A stretch of DNA of 64,000 bases from Pristiophorus japonicus (lineage: Eukaryota). Of this stretch, positions 1-12,539 are shown one piece after another; within the stretch, counting starts at the first letter, position 1; each line of letters opens with the position of its first letter. The notes below the pieces were generated by a model. The model did not search any database. It was not told where the DNA came from and saw only the letters and a list, made by a program, of their open reading frames with translations. A program made the translations under genes and the position numbers. The stretch lies in the NCBI RefSeq assembly GCF_044704955.1, contig NC_091985.1, positions 69,626,001 to 69,690,000 on the forward strand, given 5' to 3'.

Positions 1-903
1 AGTGTGAGCTGCGAGGAGGATGCTATGAGGCTGCAGAGTGACTTGGATAGGTTAGGTGAGTGGACAAATGCATGGCAGATGAAGTATAATGTGGATAAAT
101 GTGAAGTTATCCACTTTGGTGGTAAAAACAGAGAGACAGACTATTATCTGAATGGTGACAGATTAGGAAAAGGGGAGGTGCAACGAGACCTGGGTGTCAT
201 GGTACATCAGTCATTGAAGGTTGGCATGCAGGTACAGCAGGCGGTTAAGAAAGCAAATGGCATGTTGGCCTTCATAGCGAGGGGAGTTGAGTACAGGGGC
301 AGGGAGGTATTGCTACAGTTGTACAGGGCCTTGATGAGGCCACACCTGGAGTATTGTGTACAGTTTTGGTCTCCTAACTTGAGGAAGGACATTCTTGCTA
401 TTGAGGGAGTGCAGCGAAGGTTCACCAGACTGATTCCCGGGATAGCGGGACTGACATATCAAGAAAGACTGGATCAACAGGGCTTGTATTCAGTAGAGTT
501 CAGAAGAATGAGAGGGGATCTCATAGAAATGTTTAAAATTCTGATTGGTTTAGACCGGTTAGATGCAGGAAGAATGTTCCCAATGTTGGGGAAGTCCAGA
601 ACCAGGGGTCACAGTCTAAGGATAAGGGGTAAGCCATTTAGGACTGAGATGAGGAGAAACTTCTTCACCCAGAGAGTGGTGAACCTGTGGAATTCTCTAC
701 CACAGAAAGTTGTTGAGGCCAATTCACTAAATATATTCAAAAGGAGTTAGATATAGTCCTTAGTACTAGGGGGATCAAGGGGTATGGTAAGAAAGCAGAA
801 ATGGGGTACTGAGGTTGCATGTTCAGCCATTAACTCATTGAATGGCGATGCAGGCTCGAAGGGCCGAATGGCCTACTCTTGCACCTATTTTCTATGTTTC
901 TAT
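1..903 (+). mobile_element. Young CR1 LINE, 3' part of ORF2 (RT C-terminus) and 3' UTR; runs off the left edge of the window
   Basis: ORF 4..750 has CR1 RT C-terminal motifs (WQMKYNVDKCEVIHFG, RPHLEYCVQFWSP, RRNFFTQRVVNLWNSLP); ends in a TTTCTATG-type tail at about 889-903; near-identical to 41833-42738. Confidence 0.95.
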
Positions 904-904
904 T

Positions 905-1921
905 TCATTTTTAAATTAAGATGAAGCAAAAGGGCCATTTTTTATGGGATCAGATCCATTCTTAAGATAGGTATTACTTTTTGGAGACTTGGATAGAGAG
1001 ATGATGCAGCTGCTAGGAACTTGGCAGAACAGAAAGATTTGGGGGTCCATGTACAGAAATCACTAAAAATTAGTGGACAGGTATGAAAAATAATTAGCAA
1101 GGCTAATGGAATGTTAGTCTTCATCACAAGGGGTCTGGAATACAAAGCGATGGAAGTTATGCTACAGTTGTACAAAGCTCTGGTGAGACTAGATGTGGAG
1201 TATTGCACCTCAGGAAGGATATATTGGTCTTAGAGGTGCAGCACAGATTCACCAGAATGATACTGGGTCTAAAAGGGTTAAATTATGAAAGCAGATTTCA
1301 TAGACCAGGCTTGTATTCCTTTGAGTATAGACGATTAAGGGGTGATCTAATTGAGGTGTTTAAGATGATTAATGGATTTGATAGGCTAGATAGGGCGATA
1401 CTATCTCCTCTGGTGAGGAGTCCAGAACAATCGGGCATAACTATAAAATTAGAGCTCGGCCATTCACGGAGAAGTCAGGAAATTCCTTCACAAAAGTGGT
1501 AGTGGAAATCTGGAACTCTCTCCCCTAAACAGCTGGGTTTTTTTTAATTGTTCATGGAATGTGGGTGTAGCTGGCAAGGCCAGCATTTATTGCCTATCCC
1601 TAATTGGCCTTGAGAAGGTGACGGTGAGCTGCCTTCTTCAACCGCTGCAGTCCATGAGGTAAAGATACTCCCACAGTGCTGTTAGATAGGAAGTTCCAGG
1701 ATTATGACCCAGCGACGATGAAAGTATGGCTATATGATGTTGAGGCTGGGTCACTTGAAAATTTCAAAACCAAGATTGATAAATTTTTGTTAGATAAGGG
1801 TATTAAAGGATATGGAACCTAGGCATATTAATGGAGTTAAGATACAGATCAGCCTTGATCCAATTGAATGACGGAACAGGCTTGGGGGGGCTGAATGGCC
1901 TACTCCTGTTCCTATATTCCT
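905..1921 (+). mobile_element. Older degenerate CR1 3' fragment, interrupted at about 1538-1730
   Basis: ORF 1203..1502 (RRLRGDLIEVFKMINGFDR); CR1 3' terminus GAATGGCCTACTCCTGTTCCTAT at about 1893-1915. Confidence 0.85.
1538..1730 (-). mobile_element. 3' end of a different LINE (CR1/L2 superclade) inserted in the older CR1
   Basis: Minus strand reads ...VAGS*SWNFLSNSTVGVS... followed by the tail AATAAATGCTGGCCTTGCCAGCTACACCCACATTCCATGAACAATTAAAAAAA. Confidence 0.7.
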
Positions 1922-2298
1922 AAATGTAGAAGTGGCATTGCATTGCATCCAGCTTTTGTGGGACACAGATATAAAAGGCAGGGGTCAATCAATCTATCAA
2001 ATTTAATAATAATAAAAGGTGTTTACACCACATTTGTTCTTTCAATAAAACAATGGTAAATTGGTAACAGCCCTTTGATTATTGAAAAATGTAAATAGCC
2101 ATCTTAAGTGCTCAGGTTAGAGTTGTAGGAGTGATTAAACAGGAATTCTTTTGGTCACCCCGGTGTCTGACATACATGGAAACCCGACATCGTGTTTAAG
2201 AGTCTCCAACCCAAATGACTGAACTCTTGCCTGATATGGAATGCAGTCATAATATGGAGAACACAGTGCAATTTACCAATTCCATGACCTAATACAAT

Positions 2299-2473
2299 GG
2301 GGGTGATATTGTTTCAGTAGCCTGAAACAGGCTCATTGAATAGCAGCAGCTCGTTTTACACCACACCCGATTTTATTTCTCTTTGAATTCAATGGAAAAG
2401 AAAAGCACATGCAATCTTAAACAGGCTGGCATTTCACAATGAACCCGTTTCACACTGGACCAATTTCAGCCCC
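2299..2473. mobile_element. 175-bp Harbinger-type MITE
   Basis: TIRs GGGGGTGATATTGTTTCAGT and GGGGCTGAAATTGGTCCAGT (16/20); AAT direct repeat at 2296-2298 and 2474-2476; central palindrome TTGAATTCAA. Confidence 0.7.
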
Positions 2474-2869
2474 AATGGAAGTCAGAAGGGTGATCTGTCA
2501 GTGAGGAATCTGCTGCAGCTGGCTGGTTTCTTGCTGTCCTTTTAATGAGTTCCACATGATTATGGTAAGTACCCTGAAGTGAAAAGTGAGCTACCATAAG
2601 CCTGGGTCTTTCTGAAGCTTCATCATAAGCTTGTGGAAGATGGCCTTACAGCAAGAGTACTGATACAGGTGATGCATCTAGTCCCGAATTGAATTGACTA
2701 CAGATAATAAAGAACATCGGGGCAAATAGTAAGTGAAAAGTCTTCTTTTGAAAATCAGAGAATGAATTTCTTCCAATTTGAATTGTTGTCTATTGGATAC
2801 AGATGACCTAGCTTTTTACAAAGTCATTGCAGACCAGTTTTGTCTGGTGGTGCACTGATTCTGGTCTCT

Positions 2870-3152
2870 TGAGCTAGCCCCTTCTTTTCACCCCACCATT
2901 GGTGTCCATGCTTTCAGCCACCTAGACCCATTTCTCTGAAATGTTCTCCTTATATCCCTCTGTCCCATCAACTCCCCGTCCTCCTTTAAGACTCTCCTTA
3001 AAACCCGCTTCTTTGACCAAGCTTTTAGTCACTCCTCCTAATATCTCCTTCTTGGGATTAGCATCCAAATTTATTTGATTGCACCTCTGTGACGAGCCCT
3101 GGAATGATTTTCTACTTTAAAGGCACAATAGAAATGCAAGTTGTTGTTATTG
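2870..3152 (+). mobile_element. L2 LINE 3' fragment
   Basis: CTTAAAACC...CTTTGACCAAGCTTTT and terminal AAATGCAAGTTGTTGTT; homologous to the 3' part of 24180-24762. Confidence 0.75.
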
Positions 3153-3862
3153 CGCGGTTCCAGCATTTATGTTTATGTTTCATATTCCCAACATTTGCAG
3201 TATTTTGTTTTATATTTGTCTGGTAGTGGGTTACTGCACATGATTCCCAAAGCTCTCAAAGATAAGTAAAGAAAGAATAAGATTATTCAACCCACCTAAC
3301 TAATCTTTCCATGGAAACCTGGCTGGCTGCATCGTCCACTACAGGTGTCTTCCCGCACACCCTCCCCCCACTGTAAAAATCGAGGCCTAAGGATCAGCTT
3401 TATGAACATCCTTTAATCTGCCTCCAGGACTTGGAAGTTTTTCTTGTATTTGAGTAACCAGAACTGAATACAGCCCTTAACCCTCCTTGCCTCTATTTAG
3501 AGAGATTTGAGATGATTTTAGAGCATCCTGTATGATAGGAATTTCCAGGGCACAGAAGAGTTGTGACTCAAACCAGGAGACTTCTGCATTTGTTTAAAAT
3601 TGTCTCTTTGGAAGCTGTGAGAGGATCCAAGACCTTGTGTGAGAATTGAATATTCAAAGGTGTGTTCTTTTCAGTTCTCAAACAGACCACCAGGTGGGTT
3701 CAGCATTGCTTCATAGAGGAAAGACAGTCGAGGCTGTCTCGTAGCAAGCACCAGTGCCTGCTGGCTGACATGCAGCTTACAGTAGCTGGAATCTTAAAGA
3801 AATATGCAATAAGTTCACCCACCAGCTCTGAAACTGCTGTTCATGTGCTATTCAGACATTAG

Positions 3863-6348
3863 GGTCATGATTTCGCCAACCGTGGTGGGTCCGCGGCGGC
3901 CGGGGTTGGTGGTGGATTACGATCCTAGCTCCAGCCCGCACCGTGAAAACAATCTTCCCTAAATTGTGCTCGTTAAGCCCGCCTAGCGAGCTTCCCGGCC
4001 AATTAAAAGGAAGCAGGTCTGATGTCATCATTTGATAGCACGTCATCAGCCAGTTTCCTTAAAGGGACCATGGCCACATTCATTTTGACAGATGTTCTGA
4101 CAGTGTTCTTCAACATTGCGATGTTGCAAACACTGACAAACACTGCACAAAAGTGCAATGCAATCAGGCTCTTCCATGACTTCCCTCCAGATGCTGGCAA
4201 CTGCATATTGCACAGAAGGGCACAAGCAGGGATGTCATCAGGAGGAACTGGCTACAGTGACGCAAACCTTTCAATTATCTCAGTAGATTAAGAAATATTA
4301 CTGCAAAGTCACACTCAACCTTATCCTGCTGTGCCACCCATCATATCCCCATCACTGTGCCTTCCCTACCTACTCTTACACATCCTTACTCACACCAGCT
4401 TAGCTTGCACCTCCACCTATCCCTCTCTCTCTATTTACATCATCACTTCCCCATCTCACTAGCATCCCTCACACTCACCCTCATCCTTGTCCAATCAAAC
4501 CAACTAACAACACACAAGGGTAGGCACTTGGGTCTTTTAGCCAATGTTCATTTGGAGTTTCTGCTAATTTGTTGTCAAACATTGAAATCTTTATTTTGAA
4601 CACTTTGGGGCCGGAATTGCACACTGCTGGAAACGGGGTGCACCCAGCCCTTTTCTGTTGATTTTACCGACGCGGCGGATGCGATGGCCTCTTGAGCGAA
4701 ATTCCGCACTTTGGCTTTTTTTTTTTCTAACAGGCCGGAAGTGGGGCAGTAAGCGGATGTTCTCAGTCTAGAGGGGCAGAAGTTGAGGGTGGGTGTAGTG
4801 GCCGCCACTGTCACTCATCAGCATAGCGCCGATGACACCGCGTTACCATGGCTCTTCCCTTCACTTAAAGGGGAGAGCCGCTGTGAGCTCTGCGATTATT
4901 GCAGTTTGGTCAGCTGGGCCACCAGGGAGGGTTTCAGCTAGGACAGCAGCCTGGCACCCAAGAGGGGGTACCAGGCTGTCTGTTGGTGGTCCAGCTGAAC
5001 CCAGGGGCATAATTGTCGGCCTGGCATGGCAGTCGGCCGACAAAAAAAACATGGCAGCAGTGGCAGTTATTCCTCCCCTTTAATGGGAGCCACACAAGGA
5101 CTACAAACTCACTGCACTAGTGGAAAAAGCAGCTTTTGGTAACGTACGGCGGCAGCAAGACTTTTTCGGCGGAATTTCGCCATCAGGGAGGGAGGGGGAA
5201 CACCTGCTGTGTGCGCTCTGATGCCGCACTTAGGACGGATCAGCAGCAGCACAGCGGTAGTGGGGGGAAAGCGGGTCATCGCCGGGATAGCGCAGGAGCG
5301 GAATTTTCAAAATGGCAGCCATTACATGAAAAATTGGCGGCCATTGCATTCCACAGCGTGGGCGCCGATTTCCGGCGGCAACAGGGTTTTAAGGGACAGG
5401 GCAATTTCGGTCACTTTGTGTTCTTGGACAGATTAGTGTTCACCCTTGGAAGTGGATTAGTGATTTGCAGTGAATGGCGAGACATAATGGTACCCCCATA
5501 GTGGTGATGAGTGTAAAAGGAATGGTTTGGGAATTGTAGGGATGCTTTATGGTGTTGGTGTGGGGTGGTGCCAACCTGGTTCACCATGTGGCAGCCAGGG
5601 TGTACAGCATCAAGTGAAGTAAATCTAGCCATGATGAGGCCATCCCTGGCGTTCCGGGCAGTAATGTGGTCGATGTTGATGCCCTGTGTCCTGTGCAGCA
5701 TCAGGTGATTGCAGAGAAGGTTGGTGTTGTTGCTGGTGTGTTTAGTTATGTTGGTGTTGGGGCTGATTCTGAGGATGAAGGTGACATTTTTTCCAAGGGC
5801 ACCGATGCTGATGGAATAGATGGCAGCTGAATTTGAGATGACAGAAGCGATCTGTCAGTGGTGAGAGAGATTGTTTCAAGGAGGTGACAATGGATAGAGA
5901 GTTCACTGCAAACACTTTCAACCAGCATAAAGCTCAAAAGTATCTTCCAGTTCCTGAAGGCTTCAGCTTCTGAGATTGGAAAGTGAACAGCTATGAAATA
6001 GTAGCTTTTATACCACTTGTGCAACTGTCAAAGTAATGGAGAATCATTGAGAACCCGACACACTTACCTGACGTGTTCCCCGAGGGAAGTGACCCTTGTT
6101 AAATACTTGGAAAAATGGTAAGTACCTGGTCAAATTCTTTTTAAATACCTTTAAAGTACCTCTTACTGATGTTAATTGGCTGGCCTGCCACTTGTTGTTG
6201 GGTCTGTGAACCATAGCCAGACCCGATACTTTGGAAACTTACAAGAAGGCGGGTTCAGAGTGGGATCCCAACCCGCTGTCAATCACGGCCATTTTGACAG
6301 CGGGCCTGCCTCCAAACCCGCACATGCAGGGCTGGTAAGATTCCGGCC
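3863..6348 (-). mobile_element. Degenerate non-autonomous Harbinger-like DNA transposon containing a nested MITE
   Basis: TAG on both flanks (3860-3862, 6349-6351); weak TIRs; GC-rich subterminal blocks; minus-strand ...ARNARDGLIMARF resembles the C-terminus of the Harbinger transposase at 43.6 kb (AARALRQELINDRF). Confidence 0.45.
4607..5414. mobile_element. Harbinger-type MITE, same family as 62258-63059
   Basis: TIRs GGGGCCGGAATTGC and GTGACCGAAATTGC; TTT TSD; internal core CAGCAGCCTGGCACCCAAGAGGG...CCAGGCTGTCTGTT shared with 62540-62790. Confidence 0.75.
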
Positions 6349-8875
6349 TAGCTGTGGGCTACTGAAAGATTTTGGGAGAATCAACGCCTGCTGGTTTTCC
6401 AATGATTGTGCAGTTCTTACTTTGTGGGCTATTAAAAAGGAAGCAGCACTACTTCTCTCAATCAGCTGGATGCCTTGGTTGGGGAGCGTTCAATGCTCAC
6501 ATTGAGACTTTAAAAAAATCCCTTTCGGGTCATGTAGGACCCAAATAGCAACATGGGTGTAGTTGGTGACCCTTCGGACTGTGGTAAAGCCAGCCGTCTA
6601 CAGAATTGTGTTGCCTCTGTGACCTCCTTGATACATTTGTGGTCAGCAAACTGTCTGACACTGCAGATATCCAAGTGTTAGCTTGAAAGGAGCTTAATGT
6701 ATAAAAATTGACGGCCATTGGTGGCAGCGCTTGAATGTTGCATATTGTGCAAAGATCTTCCTGAAGGAGATGGCATGGCGCCTTTCTGCTAAACTTCAAC
6801 CCAACCTCCTTAGATGTTTCTTTTCTGTCATTACCAAGTATTTTTGCCTAGTATATAGAAAGCAGCTGTGTAATGAAGCAGCAGAACTTGATGGTACTCC
6901 ACCAGATATGATAGGCAGCCCTTGCTGATCCTTTTCTGTTCAGTATAACATTAGTGAAACATTGAATGCAGTCTCCTTAATGATCAAATAGCCTAGAAAA
7001 TGGTAAAAAATTGAATCAGCTTATCTTTAAATAAATATTCTGGGATAGAGTTTCCACATTGGGCACAATTGGGAAATTGTACCCAAAATGTGCTTAAAAT
7101 TGCGCTGGATAGGTTACAGCCTAAGAAAATTAATTTGCATAATCACAAACGTATAATCTTTAATGAACCGGTGCGATCGAGCAGTGTAATAGAATGTTGT
7201 TGTTTATTTTTTCCATTCGATTAACAAGAATCCTTATGTTTAAGAATAGTAACCTGGTGCAGTTGTATTAATACAGCTGAAAATGGGTTTATCACCAAAA
7301 GTAAGCATTTTAATAAGCGCCTAGTCCTCCACCTGTAAGTAACCTGATTTAAAAACACTGAAAATTACTTTTAAAAATACTATACTGAACCATTTAATGG
7401 TTTTGTTGGTGTATAACAGTCCATTTCTTAGTAAATTAAATATTTTTGACATGAAAAAGCTTTTAAAATGTGCCTACTAGTGCTTGTGCGCCTAGGAAAA
7501 TGAACGCAATTTGAAGAGCCTTCCCAAACCAACACAATCAGTGGAAACTCATCATTTCGACCTGGGGACAAGGCCTGATCTAGGCCAATTGAAATTTGAA
7601 CCAGTGTAAAAGATTGTGGAAAACACCAAACAGAAATGGCTTTGGGCACAATTCACTTATGTTTACAATTCCGCGATCAGTTGCGCTGCTTTGGCCGATT
7701 CCACTGATATTACTGGCGTATACGAGCAGAAATTCGACCCCTAACTTTCCAGGAGCAACATTTCTGGTATTGCTTGTTCCATCATATTAGCAATGCAATG
7801 CTGCAGCAATGTGGGGCGACTCCCTAAAATATTAAATCTGCTATCTAAATTAATGTTCATCCTCATTTGAGTGAATTCACACTCACCATCCATTTTTGCC
7901 TTCCAGCAATTTTGTTAATGTCAGGAAATGTGTGGTAAGCGAGCGCAGTACTGAAACCCAACATCGCTGTCCCCCTACCGCTCAGTTGCTGCTGGCATAG
8001 CGCATTACACCAACATTAATTTCTAGGTTATCATCTCAGACTAATGAAGCTGTGTGGTAAAGAGCCTTCATGGGGAAATGAGAAGTTAATGTCAAATTGG
8101 ATTGGGGGATGGGAGCTAAATGAGGACTCTACATACTGTATGTAACAGGACATAAGTTGTGCATTGATTGTCTTTTGTCAAGGACCTTACATTTGGTGCA
8201 ACATACATATATCTGACAATTTAATTGAGAAACATCTGTTCCCTGCTTGAGGCATGTGTTGCTTGTTTTACCCTTTGATTACTGCCTAGTCATTTCAGCT
8301 TGATGTACCTGAAGATGCTTTTAACTCTTTGAGAACCAAATTCCTTTTTCACTTCTAAAATAAGTGTGATCCCTGCTTTCTCCCTGGTGATTGTGCTGTT
8401 GCTGCATGGAGTTAAGAACTCTCCTTTATGTTAAATGCACCTTGATATCGGGAGTGGAATGATCCAGTTGGCTGCTCACCTAATGAAGATTTACTATCTA
8501 TGATGTAACACTACTGAATTAGTAACATGGGGCTGATGGATACAGAAAACTGTAAAATAGAATTGGAAACTTGGAACCATAAAACATGTTGCATTTTCAG
8601 TATAACATAAATAAAATACGTAAAGTGCATCTAGGAATGAGTAGCATTCTTTGGCTAAAATTAACATGAAAATTAAAAATCCAATTCTATTCTCATGCAT
8701 GAGATTGCAACAGACACCAGATATTATGTTTAATCCTTTATATTATCATACACTTAGATATCACTTCTATATTCATCAATGCATGGACATTACTGAGGAC
8801 AATGGAGATGCCTTGATCAGGAAGTTGCACTGTTAGATTATTAGCATCAGAGTCCTACCTGGTCAGATCTATTTA

Positions 8876-9038
8876 CAGGTGCAACGTCTCGAATCTGGAA
8901 CTCCAAAAACCGGAATTGTCCGAAAACCGGACATTTCGGCGAGCAGCAAGGAGCGGAGGATCGGCAGGCGGCGAGTCCGAAATCCAGCAAAACACGAAAT
9001 CCGGTCCCGAGGATTCCAGATTTCAGACATTGTACCTG
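8876..9038. mobile_element. 163-bp Tc1/mariner (pogo/Tigger-like) MITE
   Basis: TIRs CAGGTGCAACGTCTCGAATCTGGAA and CAGGTACAATGTCTGAAATCTGGAA; TA TSD at 8874-8875 and 9039-9040. Confidence 0.85.
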
Positions 9039-9040
9039 TA

Positions 9041-10545
9041 CGAACACACAAACATGCAAACAATGACGGACTGGTAAAAACCCTCTGGTCCATCCAGCCT
9101 GTCCCACACAATTGTGATACCTTGTGTTTCACAATATATACACTGTTCACCCCATCCGGAACCATGTGATCTCCTGGGAGAGGCGAAAAAATCAAGTAAA
9201 AACAGGTAAAAACCCAGGCTAATTTTGGGGGGGGAAAATCTGGGAAATTCCTCTCCGACCCATCTAGGTGATCAAAACTAGTTCAGGAGATCACTCTGGC
9301 CCTGAATTCCTTGCAGTACCTACTTTTGTAAGAGGTGGTGTCCGCCCCAGCCAGAAACAGATCCATCTCTCGCTGGAAACAATTCAGCAAATCGGCTTCC
9401 ATTGCACAAGATAGCAGCCTGTTCCAGAGGTCTACTATTCTCTGGGAAAAGAACCACCTCCTGACATCTAACCTAGATCTGGCATTACACAACTGAAAAT
9501 TGTGACCCCAGGTCCTTCCTAATCTATTTAATTAGAACAAACTGTTAACTGGAACGCAATCTATTCCCTTCATCATCTTATAAACCTCAATCAGATCATC
9601 CCTAAGTCTACACTTCTCCAGAGTATAGAGTCCCAACTCTTTTATCCTATCTTAATAACTAAGATGCTTTATACCTGGAAATTAGTTAGTGGCCCTTTTC
9701 TGCACCCTTTCCAACCCCTCAATTTCTCCCACCATGTGAGGAGACCAAAACTGAATACATTTAAGTGAGGCCAGACCACGGTCTTATACAAGGACAAAAT
9801 AGTATGCCTCGTCTTATAATCAATTGTCTTATAAATGCACCCCAACACCCTATTCGCTATTGCTTCTTAGCATTGCTCATGCACTTTTAGATATGTATGC
9901 ACTAGAATGTCCAGATCTCTTACTTTCTCCATTTTCTTTAATGTTTTTCCCTGCAGGTGTATGTATGTTCAGCATTCATCCTGCCCATATGCTTAACACT
10001 ACACTTTTCCAAGTTAAATATCATTTGCCAGTCACAAGCCCAATCCCCCAATATATCAAGATCTGCCTGAAGTAGTCGAGCATCGTCTAATGTCCTGGCA
10101 CTCACACAAATCATAGTATCATCTGCAAACTTGCCCCCAAAACCTACATCTAGTACATTAATAAAAATAGTAAAATAGCCCAAATCTCTGCCCACAAAGG
10201 CGCTTCTCCCAGGGATGCGTGCGATCATTTTGGTAGATCTCAAAGGCCAGTTTTAGGCACATGCGCATCGCACACACATCGTACACACCTGGAGAGGCCG
10301 CAATTTATCACCCATTATGTTCATCTATTTTAAAATAGTTTTATTATTAAAATCATTCAATTCTAATAGTTGAGCATCGTCTTCAAGATTCAAGACCGAT
10401 GCAAAGTACTCATTTAATTTTTCCGCCATACCCAGTGAGTCCTTTGTAACCTGTCCTTGAACATTCTTCAATGGCCCAATGCAGACTTTGACAGTTCTGA
10501 CTCTTCACATAACTGAAAAAGCTTTTCCCATTACTTCCACAGGCC
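9041..10545 (-). mobile_element. Old CR1-clade LINE fragment with long 3' UTR, degenerate and interrupted near 10190-10315
   Basis: Minus ORFs 9283..9492 (FFSQRIVDLWNRL) and 9938..10243 (KFADDT, WQMIFNLEKC). Confidence 0.8.
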
Positions 10546-12189
10546 TACTATATGGAGAGAAATGGGAAAAATAGAGGCATTCTATGCCCCAAACCCAGCC
10601 CCAAAATTACATTAATTTCACTTTCAATAAAATAATAATGGGAATAAGTCAAAAACGAACCTTTTTTCTTTAATACACATAAGCAAAAATGTTTTGCATT
10701 GTTGAAAAATGCATTTAACTTCACAATAAAGAGGCAAGCCAATACAAAATGTATACAGACACAAACTGGCTCATTTTAGTTCCCGATAATTAAATCTTTT
10801 TATTTTCCTGGGTTATAAATTGCAAGATGTTTATTGAAAACTATGTTAGAAACTCAAATATGTAACTTTTTCCCTTTTATAACTGAAAAATAAAGACTTT
10901 GAAATTACTCATTTTAATTATTGCTAATAATATTAGTGGGAATCCAAATGATCAGGTACATAGGTACTGGACATTCCAAACTTACCGTATGTAGGGAAGC
11001 GGTTCTCTGCTACTATGTGCTGGTTCTTGTATGCAATCCCACCTGAAATGTGCTGGGATAATGGCGGAAATTCAGCAAAATCAGAGGTGAGACCTACTGC
11101 CAGCCTCAGTGCCTCCTGATCCCCATTTCTCTCTCCATGCTCCACTTGAACTGCCGTTGGGCCCCCTTTCCCCAGCCGCTGCATGTAAATACCATTGGGG
11201 GTTGGGACCTGAGTCCCCATACGACTGCCCTTCTGTCCACCTCCATTACCACTACTTTCCAGAAGATGGCAGTAGATCCACAGTAGCAGTGTGGTGGTTC
11301 CAAGGTCAGGAAATGGAAGGAGAAGCTTTAATAGGGGCCTCCTCTCGCTCCACATAGATCGCTATGCTCGTACCTGTATAGGCCTCTGTCTCTGCTGAGC
11401 TCTCTTGATCTATGAGACCCTTCTATCACTTGCTCTGTTGTATCAGTGGTCATGCTGGCACACCTCTGGAATTTTGTGGTCAGGCAATGGCAGGCTCCCT
11501 CTTGTGGTGGGGTTGAGGATCCCATCTGGAGCCCACCGAGTATATTCAATGACTCCTGACTCGGGGAAATGGATCATGGTTGGAGCAGAGTTAGAGATAT
11601 GGGCAGAAATCCAACCCTACCACTACTCGAACACAAGAATTCCGCCTTATGCGGAATGGCATTGTAAGTGCATTAGTGAAGATTTCCAGCAGTAGGTATA
11701 TCTATCATAGTAAACATCTCCCTTTTGGTCTCAGAGTAGATTTACATCCATACTGATTAAATGTGTTGGGACGAGGGGATGTCATTCCAATCCCACCAGG
11801 TCTACTGATCAGTCAGTATCCTGATTCCTGGCGGTCTAACAATGGATATACCTCTGCACCTCGAGCTGTCTATTCAAATTCAATTCAAGCTCTGCCCTTG
11901 TGACATTAAAACTTTGATTTGAATTTCAGAGCCCTGAATTTAAATCCACACTGAGCAATTTTCTTAACAAACTCTACTGTTTTCATGAAAAATGTTTGAC
12001 AAATCTTTTTTGCTCGTGGTAACATGAACAAGTGACACAATGTAGTTCCACCATGTATATTTTTAATCAAATGGTAAAGGTTTCTAAACATTTCCTTATA
12101 AAGACGGTTTTAACGATAAAGCGGGTTGAAAAGAAGACTTAAAGCAGTTTATCAACTTTTTATTAGTTATAATAACATTCCACGATGTG

Positions 12190-12203
12190 GTTGTCATGGC
12201 AAC
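12190..12203. promoter_or_regulatory. Candidate RFX X-box
   Basis: GTTGTCATGGCAAC, one mismatch from the palindromic RFX consensus GTTGCCATGGCAAC, in apparently non-repetitive DNA. Confidence 0.4.
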
Positions 12204-12364
12204 CTGTGATTTGGTTCTTGTGTTGTGACATGGGTACACAATATCAAGCCAATTAGTGTAAGAACACACCTTAGTGTGAGTAAGGAAGTAATGGTGTATG
12301 TGAGAGAGAAAGAAAGAGCAACAGAAAAGGATTGTAAATTAGTTGAAGCTAAACGTCTGTTCTC

Positions 12365-12539
12365 AACAGAAAATGCTGGAAATCTCAGCGGGTCAGGCAG
12401 AATCTGAGGAGAGAGAAACAGAGTTAATGTTGAAACATTAACTCTGTTTCTCTCTCCACAGATGCTGCCTGACCTGCTGAGATTTCCAGCATTTTCTGTT
12501 TTTATTTCAGATTCCAGCATCTGCAGTATTTCGCTTTTG
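12365..12539. mobile_element. Fold-back element, probably a Penelope-like terminal-repeat derivative
   Basis: Inverted arms of about 67 bp (12365-12431 and 12434-12500, 3 mismatches); perfect 15-bp flanking direct repeat TAAACGTCTGTTCTC (12350-12364, 12540-12554). Confidence 0.75.

Noticed and set aside
7042-7745. Possible further MITEs here and at about 27340-27810, 56869-57240 and 60810-61150
   Set aside because: Repeat-like composition, but TIR/TSD pairs could not be fixed by eye
10933-11700. GC-richer island with several overlapping 65-140 aa ORFs; considered an endogenous viral element or an exon
   Set aside because: No recognisable motifs and stops in the frames I extended; weak inverted ends (CTGGACATTCC at about 10967 with GATTTCCAG at about 11681; GGCGGAAATTC with GAATTCCGCC) suggest an old MITE
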